From positions 56,777 through 120,776 of the forward strand of contig CAZVLR010000001.1 of assembly GCA_964628095.1 (NCBI GenBank): a DNA stretch of 64,000 nt. Direction: 5' to 3'. Below the pieces are notes generated by a model, which saw nothing but the letters and a program-made list of their open reading frames with translations, was not told the origin of the DNA and did no database searches. How positions within the stretch are numbered: the first letter of the stretch is position 1; each line of letters starts with the position of its first letter. This stretch comes from an uncultured Candidatus Saccharibacteria bacterium. Its GTDB lineage: Bacteria; Patescibacteriota; Minisyncoccia; Minisyncoccales; CAZVLR01. The position numbers and the translations under genes were made by a program. Of this stretch, positions 37,605-46,491 are shown piece after piece.

Positions 37605-37766
37605 CTACCAGGCTGTGCAACGGCCTTTGTCGTTTCTTCTGTAATTCACTTTTTTCCCGCAGTGTGGGCATTGTTCGGTATATTTACCTTTCAAATTATT
37701 GCTCCTGACTCGGCGCGGGAAAGTTTTCTTACAGCTCGGATTGGTACATTTTATTCGATGGCACAT
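37605..37766 (-). CDS. small basic zinc-ribbon protein (53 aa), not in the ORF track
   Basis: GAGGAG Shine-Dalgarno 9 nt upstream of the ATG. Translation: MCHRIKCTNPSCKKTFPRRVRSNNLKGKYTEQCPHCGKKVNYRRNDKGRCTAW. Has its own terminator. The + strand track ORF 37587..37772 is its antisense shadow. Confidence 0.55.
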   Translation of the reverse strand: MCHRIKCTNPSCKKTFPRRVRSNNLKGKYTEQCPHCGKKVNYRRNDKGRCTAW

Positions 37767-37964
37767 AATTGAGATCTCCTCAATAGGTACTGGTTATAAA
37801 ACGACAACCCCCTTAACAGAACTTTAATTAAGAATAAATCTGTTTTGAATATAAAACTTGTTCAAGCTTATCACCCCCTTTCAGTTGGAAAAGTACGGCA
37901 ATATTATTTAAAACAACAATATTTAAAAATTATAACAAAAAGCGGGGCTTTGTCAATAATACTC

Positions 37965-38597
37965 TTAAGCGCCGAAATTCCTCAGCGCCTCTGAAATTTC
38001 AACCAAATTCAAATCGAAAATTACGCCCACGCAGGCTGAAGCCAAAACCGCGCAAACCTGCTCGCCTCCGGATTTGTCTTGCAGCCAAAAGGGCACAATA
38101 TTCCCCTTGTAATTGAGTTTAAAATTGGTTCCGCCGTTTGAATGAATGTCGCTGGCCTGAAAGTTAGCGCCCTCTTCAAATCCGAAAGTCAGCGTTTTTA
38201 AATTGGTAAGCTCGGCCACCTCGCCAAAAGCTTTGTCGTCTGAATTAAAAACTAAATATCCGCCCAGGGGCGCGGTTTTTACCAGCTTTCTAATCTTTTC
38301 TATTGTTTTCTTTTCTTCAGTTTTAGCGCCCGAGCTGGCGATTACTAAAATAAGCAAAGAGGAGTTCTTCATTAAAAAATCCAGCTCGGGCAAATTTGAA
38401 AAATCGTTGTCGAAAACAAAAACTTCGCTGTTAATTTTCAAATACGGCTTTAAAACCTGGTTAATCGCTTTTTTGGCAACCAAACGCGAACTGCCGCAAA
38501 CAATAATGGTTTTGGGCTTCTTTAAGGTTATTTTTAATTTAGAAAGTATTCCCAGCATGTTATTGTGTTTGATCTGGCGCAATCTGCCATAAATCAA
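37965..38597 (-). CDS. Mur ligase central-domain-like protein with degenerate P-loop (possible murE/murF remnant)
   Basis: KTIIVCGSSRLVAKKAINQVLKPYL aligns to the Mur ligase V.GITGTNGKTTT...L P-loop region, but GKT is replaced. The C-terminal VCAVLASACVGVIFDL..ISEALRNF resembles the HN..NALAA.A.A..LG block. Only 210 aa. It sits where murE/murF normally follow ftsI. Confidence 0.45.
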   Translation of the reverse strand: MIYGRLRQIKHNNMLGILSKLKITLKKPKTIIVCGSSRLVAKKAINQVLKPYLKINSEVFVFDNDFSNLPELDFLMKNSSLLILVIASSGAKTEEKKTIEKIRKLVKTAPLGGYLVFNSDDKAFGEVAELTNLKTLTFGFEEGANFQASDIHSNGGTNFKLNYKGNIVPFWLQDKSGGEQVCAVLASACVGVIFDLNLVEISEALRNFGA

Positions 38598-40275
38598 TGA
38601 TATATTTGGCCATGTCGCGGAATAAAGGCACGGCTGATTCTTCGGCCGAACTGGTTTTGGGATTGTATACTTTAACCAGAATTACAAATTGCGGGTTTAG
38701 GGCCGGGCCAAAGCCGATAAAAGACTGAATGGTTTTATCCGAATAGCCCCTTTGATTAATGCCCAAAGAAGAATAAGGCACCTGGGCCGTGCCGGTTTTG
38801 CCGGCTAAATAATAGCCGGGAATCTTTGTTTTCCTGCCATAGCCGTTTTCCACCACGCTAATTAGCATGGCGGTTAACTGCGAGGCGGTTTTTTGGGAAA
38901 TAAGATCTGATTTTTGCACCTTGGGCACAATAGTCTGAACGCTGTCCTTTTTGATTATTTTTTCCACCAAATAGGGCCTCATTAATTTCCCACCATTAGC
39001 AATGGCTGAAAAAGCCCGAACCAGCTGAAGCGAGGTGATTTCAATGCCCTGGCCAAAAGAAGCGGTGGCAAAATTAACGTCGCTCCCCTTTTTTAAGCCC
39101 TTGTTTTGAGAAGACACCTCGCCCTGCAAATCAACGCCTGTTTTTTCAAAAAACCCGAATTTTTCAATATAGTCCAAAAAATCCTGATGGCTGATCTGGC
39201 GCTGGGCAAAAACCGCCCCGGTGTTGATCGAATTTTCAAGAACGTTAGTCATGGTTAAAAGCCCGGGCCATTTTTTCTTGTTAAAATTTGAAATAACGTA
39301 CCCGCCAATGCTTTCACTGCCCGGATCAAAATAAGTGGTTTGCGGAGTTATCTTGCCCGAATCCAGGGCCGCCGCCATGGTAATGGGTTTGAAAACCGAG
39401 CCCGGCTCGAATATTTTTTGAATGCTGGAGTTTTGAAAAATATCCAAATTCTTAACGCTAGAATAATTATTGGGGTCAAACCCGGGCCAGGTGGCTAAAG
39501 CCAAAATCTTGCCCGAATTGGGATCCATTACAATAATTTCAGCGCTTTCAAATTCAATATCCTGCTGCGCTTTTTTTAAAACGTTTTCAGCTTGAAACTG
39601 AATATGGTAGTCCAAAGTTAAAACCAGGTCACCGCCTTTGTCGGGCAGACTGGAAGAGCCTCCAGAGTTTTCGCTATCCAAATCAATGTTGCCGCTGATT
39701 AAAAAACCTTTGGGGCCCTTCTCTCTTTCTAAATAAGATTCCTGCCCTCTCAATGCGTCTTCGTAAAAAGCTTCCAATCCGTACTGCCCGGTGTCGTCGC
39801 CCCCCAAAAAGCCTGAAACCTGGGAAGCCAAAGATTCCAAAGGATAGTATCTTAAGGTTTCTGTTTTTAAATAAACGCCGGGCAATTTTAACTCTTCAAT
39901 TTTTAAAGCTTCCTCATCGCTTAATTTATTTTTTAATGTTTCGTAATTGCTTTCTTGCGTTATCTTTCCCAAAATCTCGGCCTTATCCAAATTTAAAACA
40001 AGGCTCAGCTGCTTAGCGGTTTCTTCCTTTTCTTTAATTTCATTGGGAGCCGCATAAACAAAATCGGCCTGCTGGTTAATAACCAGAGGCGACATATTGC
40101 TAAAATAGATTTCCCCCCGTTCGCCCTGGGCCAAATCCATGAATTTTTGCTGGCCAAAGGCCATAGCCCGCCACTCCTGCGTTTTTATTATCTGAAAATA
40201 AACGAGGCGACCCGCAACGATCGCCAATAAAACGCTTAAAAGAAAAAAAACTATATTAATTCTCCATTCCCTCAT
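38560..40275 (-). CDS. ftsI: penicillin-binding protein 2 / FtsI-type peptidoglycan D,D-transpeptidase
   Basis: N-terminal TM. SxxK (GSVFKP), SxN (ENSINTG) and KTG (AGKTGTAQ) are all present. Confidence 0.85.
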   Translation of the reverse strand: MREWRINIVFFLLSVLLAIVAGRLVYFQIIKTQEWRAMAFGQQKFMDLAQGERGEIYFSNMSPLVINQQADFVYAAPNEIKEKEETAKQLSLVLNLDKAEILGKITQESNYETLKNKLSDEEALKIEELKLPGVYLKTETLRYYPLESLASQVSGFLGGDDTGQYGLEAFYEDALRGQESYLEREKGPKGFLISGNIDLDSENSGGSSSLPDKGGDLVLTLDYHIQFQAENVLKKAQQDIEFESAEIIVMDPNSGKILALATWPGFDPNNYSSVKNLDIFQNSSIQKIFEPGSVFKPITMAAALDSGKITPQTTYFDPGSESIGGYVISNFNKKKWPGLLTMTNVLENSINTGAVFAQRQISHQDFLDYIEKFGFFEKTGVDLQGEVSSQNKGLKKGSDVNFATASFGQGIEITSLQLVRAFSAIANGGKLMRPYLVEKIIKKDSVQTIVPKVQKSDLISQKTASQLTAMLISVVENGYGRKTKIPGYYLAGKTGTAQVPYSSLGINQRGYSDKTIQSFIGFGPALNPQFVILVKVYNPKTSSAEESAVPLFRDMAKYIIDLWQIAPDQTQ

Positions 40276-40619
40276 TTGGTTACCACTTGGTTGTCAATTA
40301 ATTGAATATAGTTGATTTTATCTATTTTTTCAAACCCCAGCTCCTGGATTTTTTGTTCAGTAATGTTCAAAGAGTTGCTCTTTAAAGAGCTTACCTCCAG
40401 CCTTTTATTATCTTGGCTTAATTGGGTTAATTTTGACTGATAATCGTTGATCGAATAGCCCTCTGAAATAATGGCATTTACCTGGAAAATATAGAAGCCG
40501 GCCATTAATAAGGCGCTGGCCACGCTTAAAACCAGCAAATATCTCAATTTTAAGACCCTTTTAAGATCAAAAAAACTGACAATTGAGAATGGGAAAGTGA
40601 TCGATAAAGCGTTATTCAT
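40272..40619 (-). CDS. FtsL-like cell division protein
   Basis: Single TM plus coiled-coil, 115 aa, sitting between rsmH and ftsI. Confidence 0.5.
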   Translation of the reverse strand: MNNALSITFPFSIVSFFDLKRVLKLRYLLVLSVASALLMAGFYIFQVNAIISEGYSINDYQSKLTQLSQDNKRLEVSSLKSNSLNITEQKIQELGFEKIDKINYIQLIDNQVVTK

Positions 40620-41496
40620 ATGTTTTTATGGCGCCTCTTAATTTAGCTGATCTTGAACGCGGGTTTGTTTTTACCTCGCTCGCTCCAGCCATAATCGGCT
40701 TTTTATTTATTAATAATATTTTTTTATTATGATAATTTTCCCGAAGGAAATTTTTAATAATCCTATCTTCTAAAGAATGAAAAGAAATTACCGCCAGCCG
40801 CCCCTTTTTATTTAAAACATCCAAGGCTTGGGGCAAAACTTTTTTTAAATTGTTAAGCTCGTCGTTTACCGCCATTCGCAAAGCCTGAAAAGTCTTGGTG
40901 GCAAAATGAATTTTCTGATGATGATACCAGCCGGGCGTTGACGCTTTAATAATTTCTACCAGCTGTAAGGTGCTTTTTACGGGCCTTGTATGCTTTGCAA
41001 TATTCCTGGCGATTTTCAAAGAAAACCTTTCTTCTCCGTATTCTTTTAAAATCTTTTCGATTTCCTGCTCGGGCCATTCATTAATAATTTCCTGGGCTGA
41101 AATTTTCTGAACCTTGGGGTTAAACCGCATATCCAGCTTCTCGTCTTTTTGAAAAGAAAATCCCCTTTTGCCCTCTTGCAGTTGCTCGCTGGAAAGCCCC
41201 AAATCCAGTAAAATGCCGTCAGCCTTTGGAAAATTATTTTTCTCAACGATCTCTTTTAAATTTGCGAAATTATCGCAAGCCAGAATTAAATTATTTCCAA
41301 ACTTTCTTTTTTCCTGCTTGATTTTAAAAATAGCTTCTTCGTCCCGGTCAATCGCCAATAATTTTCCCCTTATCCCGATTTTTTCCAAAATTGCAAAAGT
41401 ATGTCCGCCGCCGCCAAGGGTGCAATCGATAAAATTTTCTTTGGGCTGCGGGTTTAAAATTTCCAGTATTTCTTTTTTAAGAACAGGAATGTGCAT
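40612..41496 (-). CDS. rsmH: 16S rRNA (cytosine1402-N4)-methyltransferase
   Basis: MHIPVLKKEILEIL, DCTLGGGGHT and LLDLGLSSEQL motifs. Confidence 0.9.
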   Translation of the reverse strand: MHIPVLKKEILEILNPQPKENFIDCTLGGGGHTFAILEKIGIRGKLLAIDRDEEAIFKIKQEKRKFGNNLILACDNFANLKEIVEKNNFPKADGILLDLGLSSEQLQEGKRGFSFQKDEKLDMRFNPKVQKISAQEIINEWPEQEIEKILKEYGEERFSLKIARNIAKHTRPVKSTLQLVEIIKASTPGWYHHQKIHFATKTFQALRMAVNDELNNLKKVLPQALDVLNKKGRLAVISFHSLEDRIIKNFLRENYHNKKILLINKKPIMAGASEVKTNPRSRSAKLRGAIKTYE

Positions 41497-41497
41497 T

Positions 41498-41929
41498 TTA
41501 TACGCCTAGCTCTTTTAATCTTTCAGCAATATCCCCCACTTCTTTTTCTGTTTTCTGTTTATAATTGTTCCAGTTATTCTCATCCCAGATTTCAATGCGG
41601 TTATATAATCCAGCCACCACTGTTTTCTTTTTTAACTGACAATAATCTTTTAGATAATCAGGCACTAAAATTCTTCCTAAATTATCAAAGACAACTTCCA
41701 TAGCGCCCGACAACATCATCCTAGAAAATCCCCGGGCATCCGATTGAGCTAGCGGCAGCTGGCTTAACTTTTTGGCTAAAATATCCCACTCTTTTGCCGG
41801 GTATAAAAACAAGCATTGGTCCAATCCTTTGGTGATCACCGCTTTCTTTCCCAAGAGGTGCCTGAATTTTGCCGGAATCGCCAAGCGTTTTTTTTCGTCG
41901 ATTGAATATGAATATTCTCCGATAAACAT
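41498..41929 (-). CDS. mraZ: transcriptional regulator MraZ
   Basis: Two MraZ repeats (DEKKRLAIPAKFR and the second half). Start placed at MFIGEY, conserved in MraZ. The longer ORF-track start at 41992 would cover the operator repeats. Confidence 0.85.
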   Translation of the reverse strand: MFIGEYSYSIDEKKRLAIPAKFRHLLGKKAVITKGLDQCLFLYPAKEWDILAKKLSQLPLAQSDARGFSRMMLSGAMEVVFDNLGRILVPDYLKDYCQLKKKTVVAGLYNRIEIWDENNWNNYKQKTEKEVGDIAERLKELGV

Positions 41930-41952
41930 AAAAATTAAAATATCTTTTTTAC

Positions 41953-41993
41953 TTATCCCCAGAAAAGCCGAGTTATCCCCATAGTTATCCACT
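41953..41993 (-). promoter_or_regulatory. probable MraZ operator: three direct repeats TGGGGATAA / TGGGGATAA / (A)GTGGATAA upstream of mraZ
   Basis: On the minus strand: AGTGGATAACTATGGGGATAACTCGGCTTTTCTGGGGATAAG. MraZ operators are arrays of TGGGN-type direct repeats at roughly one helical turn spacing. Confidence 0.45.
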
Positions 41994-42115
41994 CTTTCCC
42001 ACCTATATACACTTTATCTCACATCAACCTACCTGGTCAACACAATTAAACACCCGCTTAAAATAAAGCTAAAACCTGGCTTTATCCACAAATAATCCAC
42101 AAGCCTTAAAACTAA

Positions 42116-42147
42116 AAACCGCCTTTTTTTAATAAAAAGCGGTTTTC
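42116..42147. terminator. long palindromic terminator hairpin upstream of the mraZ promoter region
   Basis: AAAACCGCCTTTTTTT-aat-AAAAAGCGGTTTT. Confidence 0.55.
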
Positions 42148-42175
42148 GTTCTTAAGCGCCCTGCTTAAATAACTC

Positions 42176-43837
42176 TTAATCTAGGCCTGAGCCACCCGGG
42201 CACTTGTAACTTGAACCCGAACAGTAACCTGCTTGGCCCGGATTAATATTGATTTCGTAACTGTTAAAACTGCTGTCTATGCAATACCAAGTTTTTTTGT
42301 CGCCCTCTTTAGCTGGCAATAATTCAGCAAAAGCGCAATATGCCTTACTAGACGTACGTAAGGTTGGATATTTTCCAAGTAAAGATTTCATGTCGTCTAA
42401 TAAAATTTTTATATCTTCGTCTTTATAGGTAACTTTTGAATAATTTCCGTTTTCTGAATAAATTGTTTCTGCCGCACTCATCATCTGCATTAAATCTGAT
42501 TTGATATAGGCATTTGTTTGATTGGTCTGAGCACCTATTAAAGAAGCCCCGATAATACTGGTCAAAATATCTCCTAGATCCTGAGCGTCTTTTGGTTCCT
42601 CGATATTTACCACTTTGCCATATTTTGAAAAATTAACAGCGAGGTTAATATTGGCCGCGCCGCTCATGGTTGGATCAAGTTTTCTAAAATCAATCTCTTT
42701 ATCAATTTTAATCCGGTAAATTAAATTATCTTTTTTGCCCACCCAAATTTCGCCACTTATCTCGCCAAGATTCTTAAAAGAATCTGTTATTGCTTTTTCA
42801 GTATCCTGCAATTCCTGAGCCGAAGGCATTTCTTCACCCAAGCCCGTAGCTACGTTAACCAAAAATTGAGTCATTGATTTTGCAAGCTCGTCATTATTTA
42901 AAACAATTAAATAATGATAGGCTTTTACATCATTGATGTTCTCGTCCGGCTTTTCTTCTTTTACAAAATATATTTTTGCGTTTTCCAAAAATAATTTTTT
43001 CAGATTATTAAGAATTAATTCTTGAGCCAGGCTAAATTTTTCCGTTAAATCGGATGAGTCCAGCAACGGGCTTGCTGAAGAAAAAAGGTTGTTGAGGCTC
43101 TCTTTATCTAATTTATACCATTGGTTCTGGATCTGACTTAGATCAATCCCCGACTCTTGAAAAATTTGTTCGGTCAGCAAAGAAGGCGCAGAAGTAATTT
43201 TTAAATAAAAACTCGGTCCGATTATTCTGCTTTCATAGCCAAAAGAAGAGCTGACTCCTTCAAAAGAAAAATCGATCGTGGTGGCGCCCGAAGCTTTCAT
43301 TTTCTTTTTATCCGTAGCGTCAAAGTCTCCTATTGTTTTGCTGGTTAATTTAATTTGCTCCCCGCTCTGGGCAGAAAGTTCAGCAGCGCTTTCGTAATGA
43401 AAATTTTTCACCGCGCTCATTTTCGCTACCGCATTAGCTATTATTTTTTCTGGCGCGGGCCTGAAAGGATTCCATAAAGGATCATAAATTTGAAAAGCTA
43501 AAACCGCACCAAGGCCCAAAACTAAAACCAAGACAACGGCCAAAGCAACGAAAACGGCTTTTAAAGGCGACTTTTTAAGCTTTGAAGGCGGAATTTCCGA
43601 TGTTTTATGGCTCGGAATAGCCGGTGGCAACGGTGGCGGAGGTGAAGGCGGCGTAGAGGGTTTTGGCGGCTCGTAAGAGGGCGCTTGATAAGCCGGTTTG
43701 GGCGTTTCGGGAACAAAAGAGGGCTCCGAGGGCAGGTTTTCCGGAGGCGCAGGCGGCTCCGTGTTAGGATTTATAGTTGGAGGCGTATAATTTTCTCCGT
43801 TCATTTTTTTGCCCCTTCCCCAAAAAAGCAGATTCAA
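42176..43837 (-). CDS. membrane-anchored protein with proline-rich cytoplasmic N-terminus and large extracytoplasmic domain
   Basis: Pro-rich low-complexity region (PPAPPENLPSEPSFVPETPKPAY...PPPPLPPAIP), then a TM (AVFVALAVVLVLVLGLGAVLAF). The C-terminus has a pilin-like segment (SAAETIYSENGNYS) and a Cys pair (CSGSSYKC). Confidence 0.5.
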   Translation of the reverse strand: MNLLFWGRGKKMNGENYTPPTINPNTEPPAPPENLPSEPSFVPETPKPAYQAPSYEPPKPSTPPSPPPPLPPAIPSHKTSEIPPSKLKKSPLKAVFVALAVVLVLVLGLGAVLAFQIYDPLWNPFRPAPEKIIANAVAKMSAVKNFHYESAAELSAQSGEQIKLTSKTIGDFDATDKKKMKASGATTIDFSFEGVSSSFGYESRIIGPSFYLKITSAPSLLTEQIFQESGIDLSQIQNQWYKLDKESLNNLFSSASPLLDSSDLTEKFSLAQELILNNLKKLFLENAKIYFVKEEKPDENINDVKAYHYLIVLNNDELAKSMTQFLVNVATGLGEEMPSAQELQDTEKAITDSFKNLGEISGEIWVGKKDNLIYRIKIDKEIDFRKLDPTMSGAANINLAVNFSKYGKVVNIEEPKDAQDLGDILTSIIGASLIGAQTNQTNAYIKSDLMQMMSAAETIYSENGNYSKVTYKDEDIKILLDDMKSLLGKYPTLRTSSKAYCAFAELLPAKEGDKKTWYCIDSSFNSYEININPGQAGYCSGSSYKCPGGSGLD

Positions 43838-43935
43838 TTAACATTGAAAATCTTATCGGGAACCAAGGCTGTTATTTGTATTAATCTATTCTAGCACTAT
43901 TAAATATAAAAAATATCCCGCCTGTGGAAAACTAG

Positions 43936-46491
43936 CTATTTTAAAACCAGACTGAAATCACCGGGATTAATCTCAAAGCGGCTGCCCCGAATTAACTCGC
44001 CCTTTAACATGGACTGGGCAATTACGTTTTCCACCTTATCCTGGATCACCCGCCTCATTTCCCGGGCGCCAAAAACCGGATTATAGCCCAATTCAATTAT
44101 TTTTTCCTTTAAAGCCTGGCTAACGATAAAATCAATTTCTTTTTCATTCAAATTCTTCTTTAATTTATTAAAAAGCAGATCCGCAATCTGCAAAAGGTGC
44201 TCCTTGCTCAAGCCTCTAAAAACCACCACCGCGTCAAAACGATTAATCAGCTCGGGCCTAAAAGCGCCCTGCTTAAAAAGAAAATCTAACAATTCTTCTT
44301 TTACCCCGGGCATGGGCTTTCCTTTTTTAATCGCTTCTAAAATAACCTGGTAGCCGGCGTTGCTGGTGGCGATGATAATCGAATTCTTAAAATCTACTTT
44401 CCGGCCCTGGCCGTCGGTTAAATGCCCTTCGTCAAAAACCTGCAAAAACAGATTTAAAATATTAGGATGCGCTTTTTCAAACTCGTCGAGCAAGACCAAA
44501 GAAAAAGGATTTTCCGTTACCGGAGTGGTTAATAAACCCTCTTGGCCCAAAGAGCCGATTAAGCGCGGAATATCGGAAACAGACTGGAATTCGGACATAT
44601 CCAACCTGATCATTTTTTCTTCCGAGCCAAAATAGAATTCGGCCAAAGCCTTGGCGGATTCGGTTTTTCCCACGCCTGTGGGCCCCAAAAACAGGAAAAC
44701 GCCCATCGGCCCTTTTCTTACTGTAATATTGGCCCGCGCCCGCCGCAGGGCCGAAGCGATTTCCTTTACCGCCTCTTCCTGATTAACAATTCTTTGGTGA
44801 ATCAGCTTTTCCAAATTAAGCAGCACTTCTTTTTCTTCGGTTTTTAGCTCGCCAATGGGAATCTGGGTTTTCTGGGTTAAAACTTGGGCCACGTGCTCGG
44901 GCAAAACCGCGCTAATCTCTTTTGAGCTGGCCGCAAAAATCATGGTTTCGTCCAGAATATCCAAAGCTTTTTCGGGAAAATGAAGAGCGGGCAAATACTT
45001 TCCGGTTAAAGTAATAATTCCCTTTAAAGCGTTGTAGGTAACCATTTTTTTGTACTTTCTTTCTAAAATTAAAACCTGGCGCTCTAAAAGCATTAAAGTT
45101 TCGTCTTCAGATATCTCTGAAACTTCCACTTTCTTAAAAAGATTCAGCAAAGAAGAATTCGGTTCGATATTCCGGTGCAACCCTTCGTAAGTAGTTAGGG
45201 CCACTATCTGGAATTGGGGGTTTTTTAAATAAGAAGCGATCTGGCCGGAAATATCGATTACGCCGGGCTTTCGGCCCTGGCCCACGTAATTGTGGAAATC
45301 GTCGATGAATAAAATAACGTTGCCGGCCATGAAAACCTCTTTTAAAACAACTTCCAAGGTGGCTTCGGCCTCTTCGAGCGAGGGCTGGCCGGCCAAAAGC
45401 TTTTGCAAGTCCAGCTGCACCACTCTTTTGTGGTTTACCGTCGGCAAGCTCTGGCCCAACAAGCTTCTTAAGGCCAAAGCCAAAACAATGCTTCGCCGCC
45501 CCGTGCCCGGATCCCCCACCAGCAAAACGTTTTTATTGTCGCTGCGCGATAAAATCCGCTCCACCTCTTCAACTTCGTTTTTGTGGCCGATAACTTCAGG
45601 AAAGCTTCTTTTTACAATCTCGGTCCAATCGACTGAAAACTGATCCAGGTAAATGGTATAACCGGCTGTCCATTCTTTAGCCAAGCTTCCCAACCTGATT
45701 AAGTTGGTCCACTCCCAGAATTTTTTGCTGAATTCAATTCTTTTTTCAATCGATTCTAACCACCAAACCAGATTGCCAATGTCTTTGGGCTTTAAATTAA
45801 CTTCAATAAGAATATTTTTAAAAATCGGGTCTTCCTGGGCCAGGGCAAAAATCAAATCGCCCGTTTCAATCCGATCGTGCTTTCTTTCTTTAGCAATTTT
45901 TAAAGACGAAATTATCGTTTTTTGAAAGTCTGGCGAATAAACTTCCTGAAACCGATCTCTTTTTAAGGTTTCGAAATATAATTTTAAAGATTTTTCAACA
46001 ATCCTTGTGTCTATCATCGCCCGAAAAAGCACCGCATCCAGCTTGGGATTGTGCAAAAGCAGAAAATAAAACAGCATTGAGGAGTTAGCCTCTAAAAAAC
46101 CCTTGTCTTTAGCCAAGGCCAAAGAATTAGCTACGGCTTTTAGCGAATCAAAGCTTAAAAGCTCGGCTAAATTCAAGCTTAAAGTGTGCTCGGCAAAATC
46201 AGGGAATTTAAGCGAAGGCCTCTTTAATTTTAGATTGAAAAAAAGATCGCCCTGCCAGAAAGCAACCGACAAGGAAAAGCATATTACGGCCAGGCCCAAA
46301 AAAGAAGAAATTAAATCCTGGGAAAAGCTTTTCTCAAAAAAACCGTAAAAGCAAAGCGCCAAGAATATTAAAAAAGCGACAAAGAAGAGCTTTTTAAAAA
46401 TTTTGGCGTATTTGAACAAAAAAGCTTTCTCCCAAAAAAGCGAGGGCCAAAGCGCGGTTTTTCTCGGATTAAAATAAAAGCTTGAATCCAT
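43936..46491 (-). CDS. membrane-anchored ClpC/ClpB-like AAA+ ATPase with degenerate first nucleotide-binding domain
   Basis: N-terminal TM helices plus Clp_N-like repeats. NBD1 Walker A is GDPGTGRRS (canonical GxPGVGKT) and Walker B is FIDDFH (Glu replaced by Asp). NBD2 is intact (GPTGVGKTESAKALA and LLDEFEKAH). Sensor ATSNAG is present. Confidence 0.75.
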   Translation of the reverse strand: MDSSFYFNPRKTALWPSLFWEKAFLFKYAKIFKKLFFVAFLIFLALCFYGFFEKSFSQDLISSFLGLAVICFSLSVAFWQGDLFFNLKLKRPSLKFPDFAEHTLSLNLAELLSFDSLKAVANSLALAKDKGFLEANSSMLFYFLLLHNPKLDAVLFRAMIDTRIVEKSLKLYFETLKRDRFQEVYSPDFQKTIISSLKIAKERKHDRIETGDLIFALAQEDPIFKNILIEVNLKPKDIGNLVWWLESIEKRIEFSKKFWEWTNLIRLGSLAKEWTAGYTIYLDQFSVDWTEIVKRSFPEVIGHKNEVEEVERILSRSDNKNVLLVGDPGTGRRSIVLALALRSLLGQSLPTVNHKRVVQLDLQKLLAGQPSLEEAEATLEVVLKEVFMAGNVILFIDDFHNYVGQGRKPGVIDISGQIASYLKNPQFQIVALTTYEGLHRNIEPNSSLLNLFKKVEVSEISEDETLMLLERQVLILERKYKKMVTYNALKGIITLTGKYLPALHFPEKALDILDETMIFAASSKEISAVLPEHVAQVLTQKTQIPIGELKTEEKEVLLNLEKLIHQRIVNQEEAVKEIASALRRARANITVRKGPMGVFLFLGPTGVGKTESAKALAEFYFGSEEKMIRLDMSEFQSVSDIPRLIGSLGQEGLLTTPVTENPFSLVLLDEFEKAHPNILNLFLQVFDEGHLTDGQGRKVDFKNSIIIATSNAGYQVILEAIKKGKPMPGVKEELLDFLFKQGAFRPELINRFDAVVVFRGLSKEHLLQIADLLFNKLKKNLNEKEIDFIVSQALKEKIIELGYNPVFGAREMRRVIQDKVENVIAQSMLKGELIRGSRFEINPGDFSLVLK

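Noticed and set aside
37587-37772. 61-aa + strand ORF from the six-frame track.
   Set aside because: It is antisense to a better-supported minus-strand zinc-ribbon ORF that has its own RBS and terminator. The + ORF has no RBS and a low-complexity product.
41930-41992. Longer N-terminal extension of MraZ (MDNYGDNSAFLGISKKDILIF...) from the ORF-track start.
   Set aside because: MraZ proteins conserve the MF.GE start. The extension would be encoded by the probable operator repeats.
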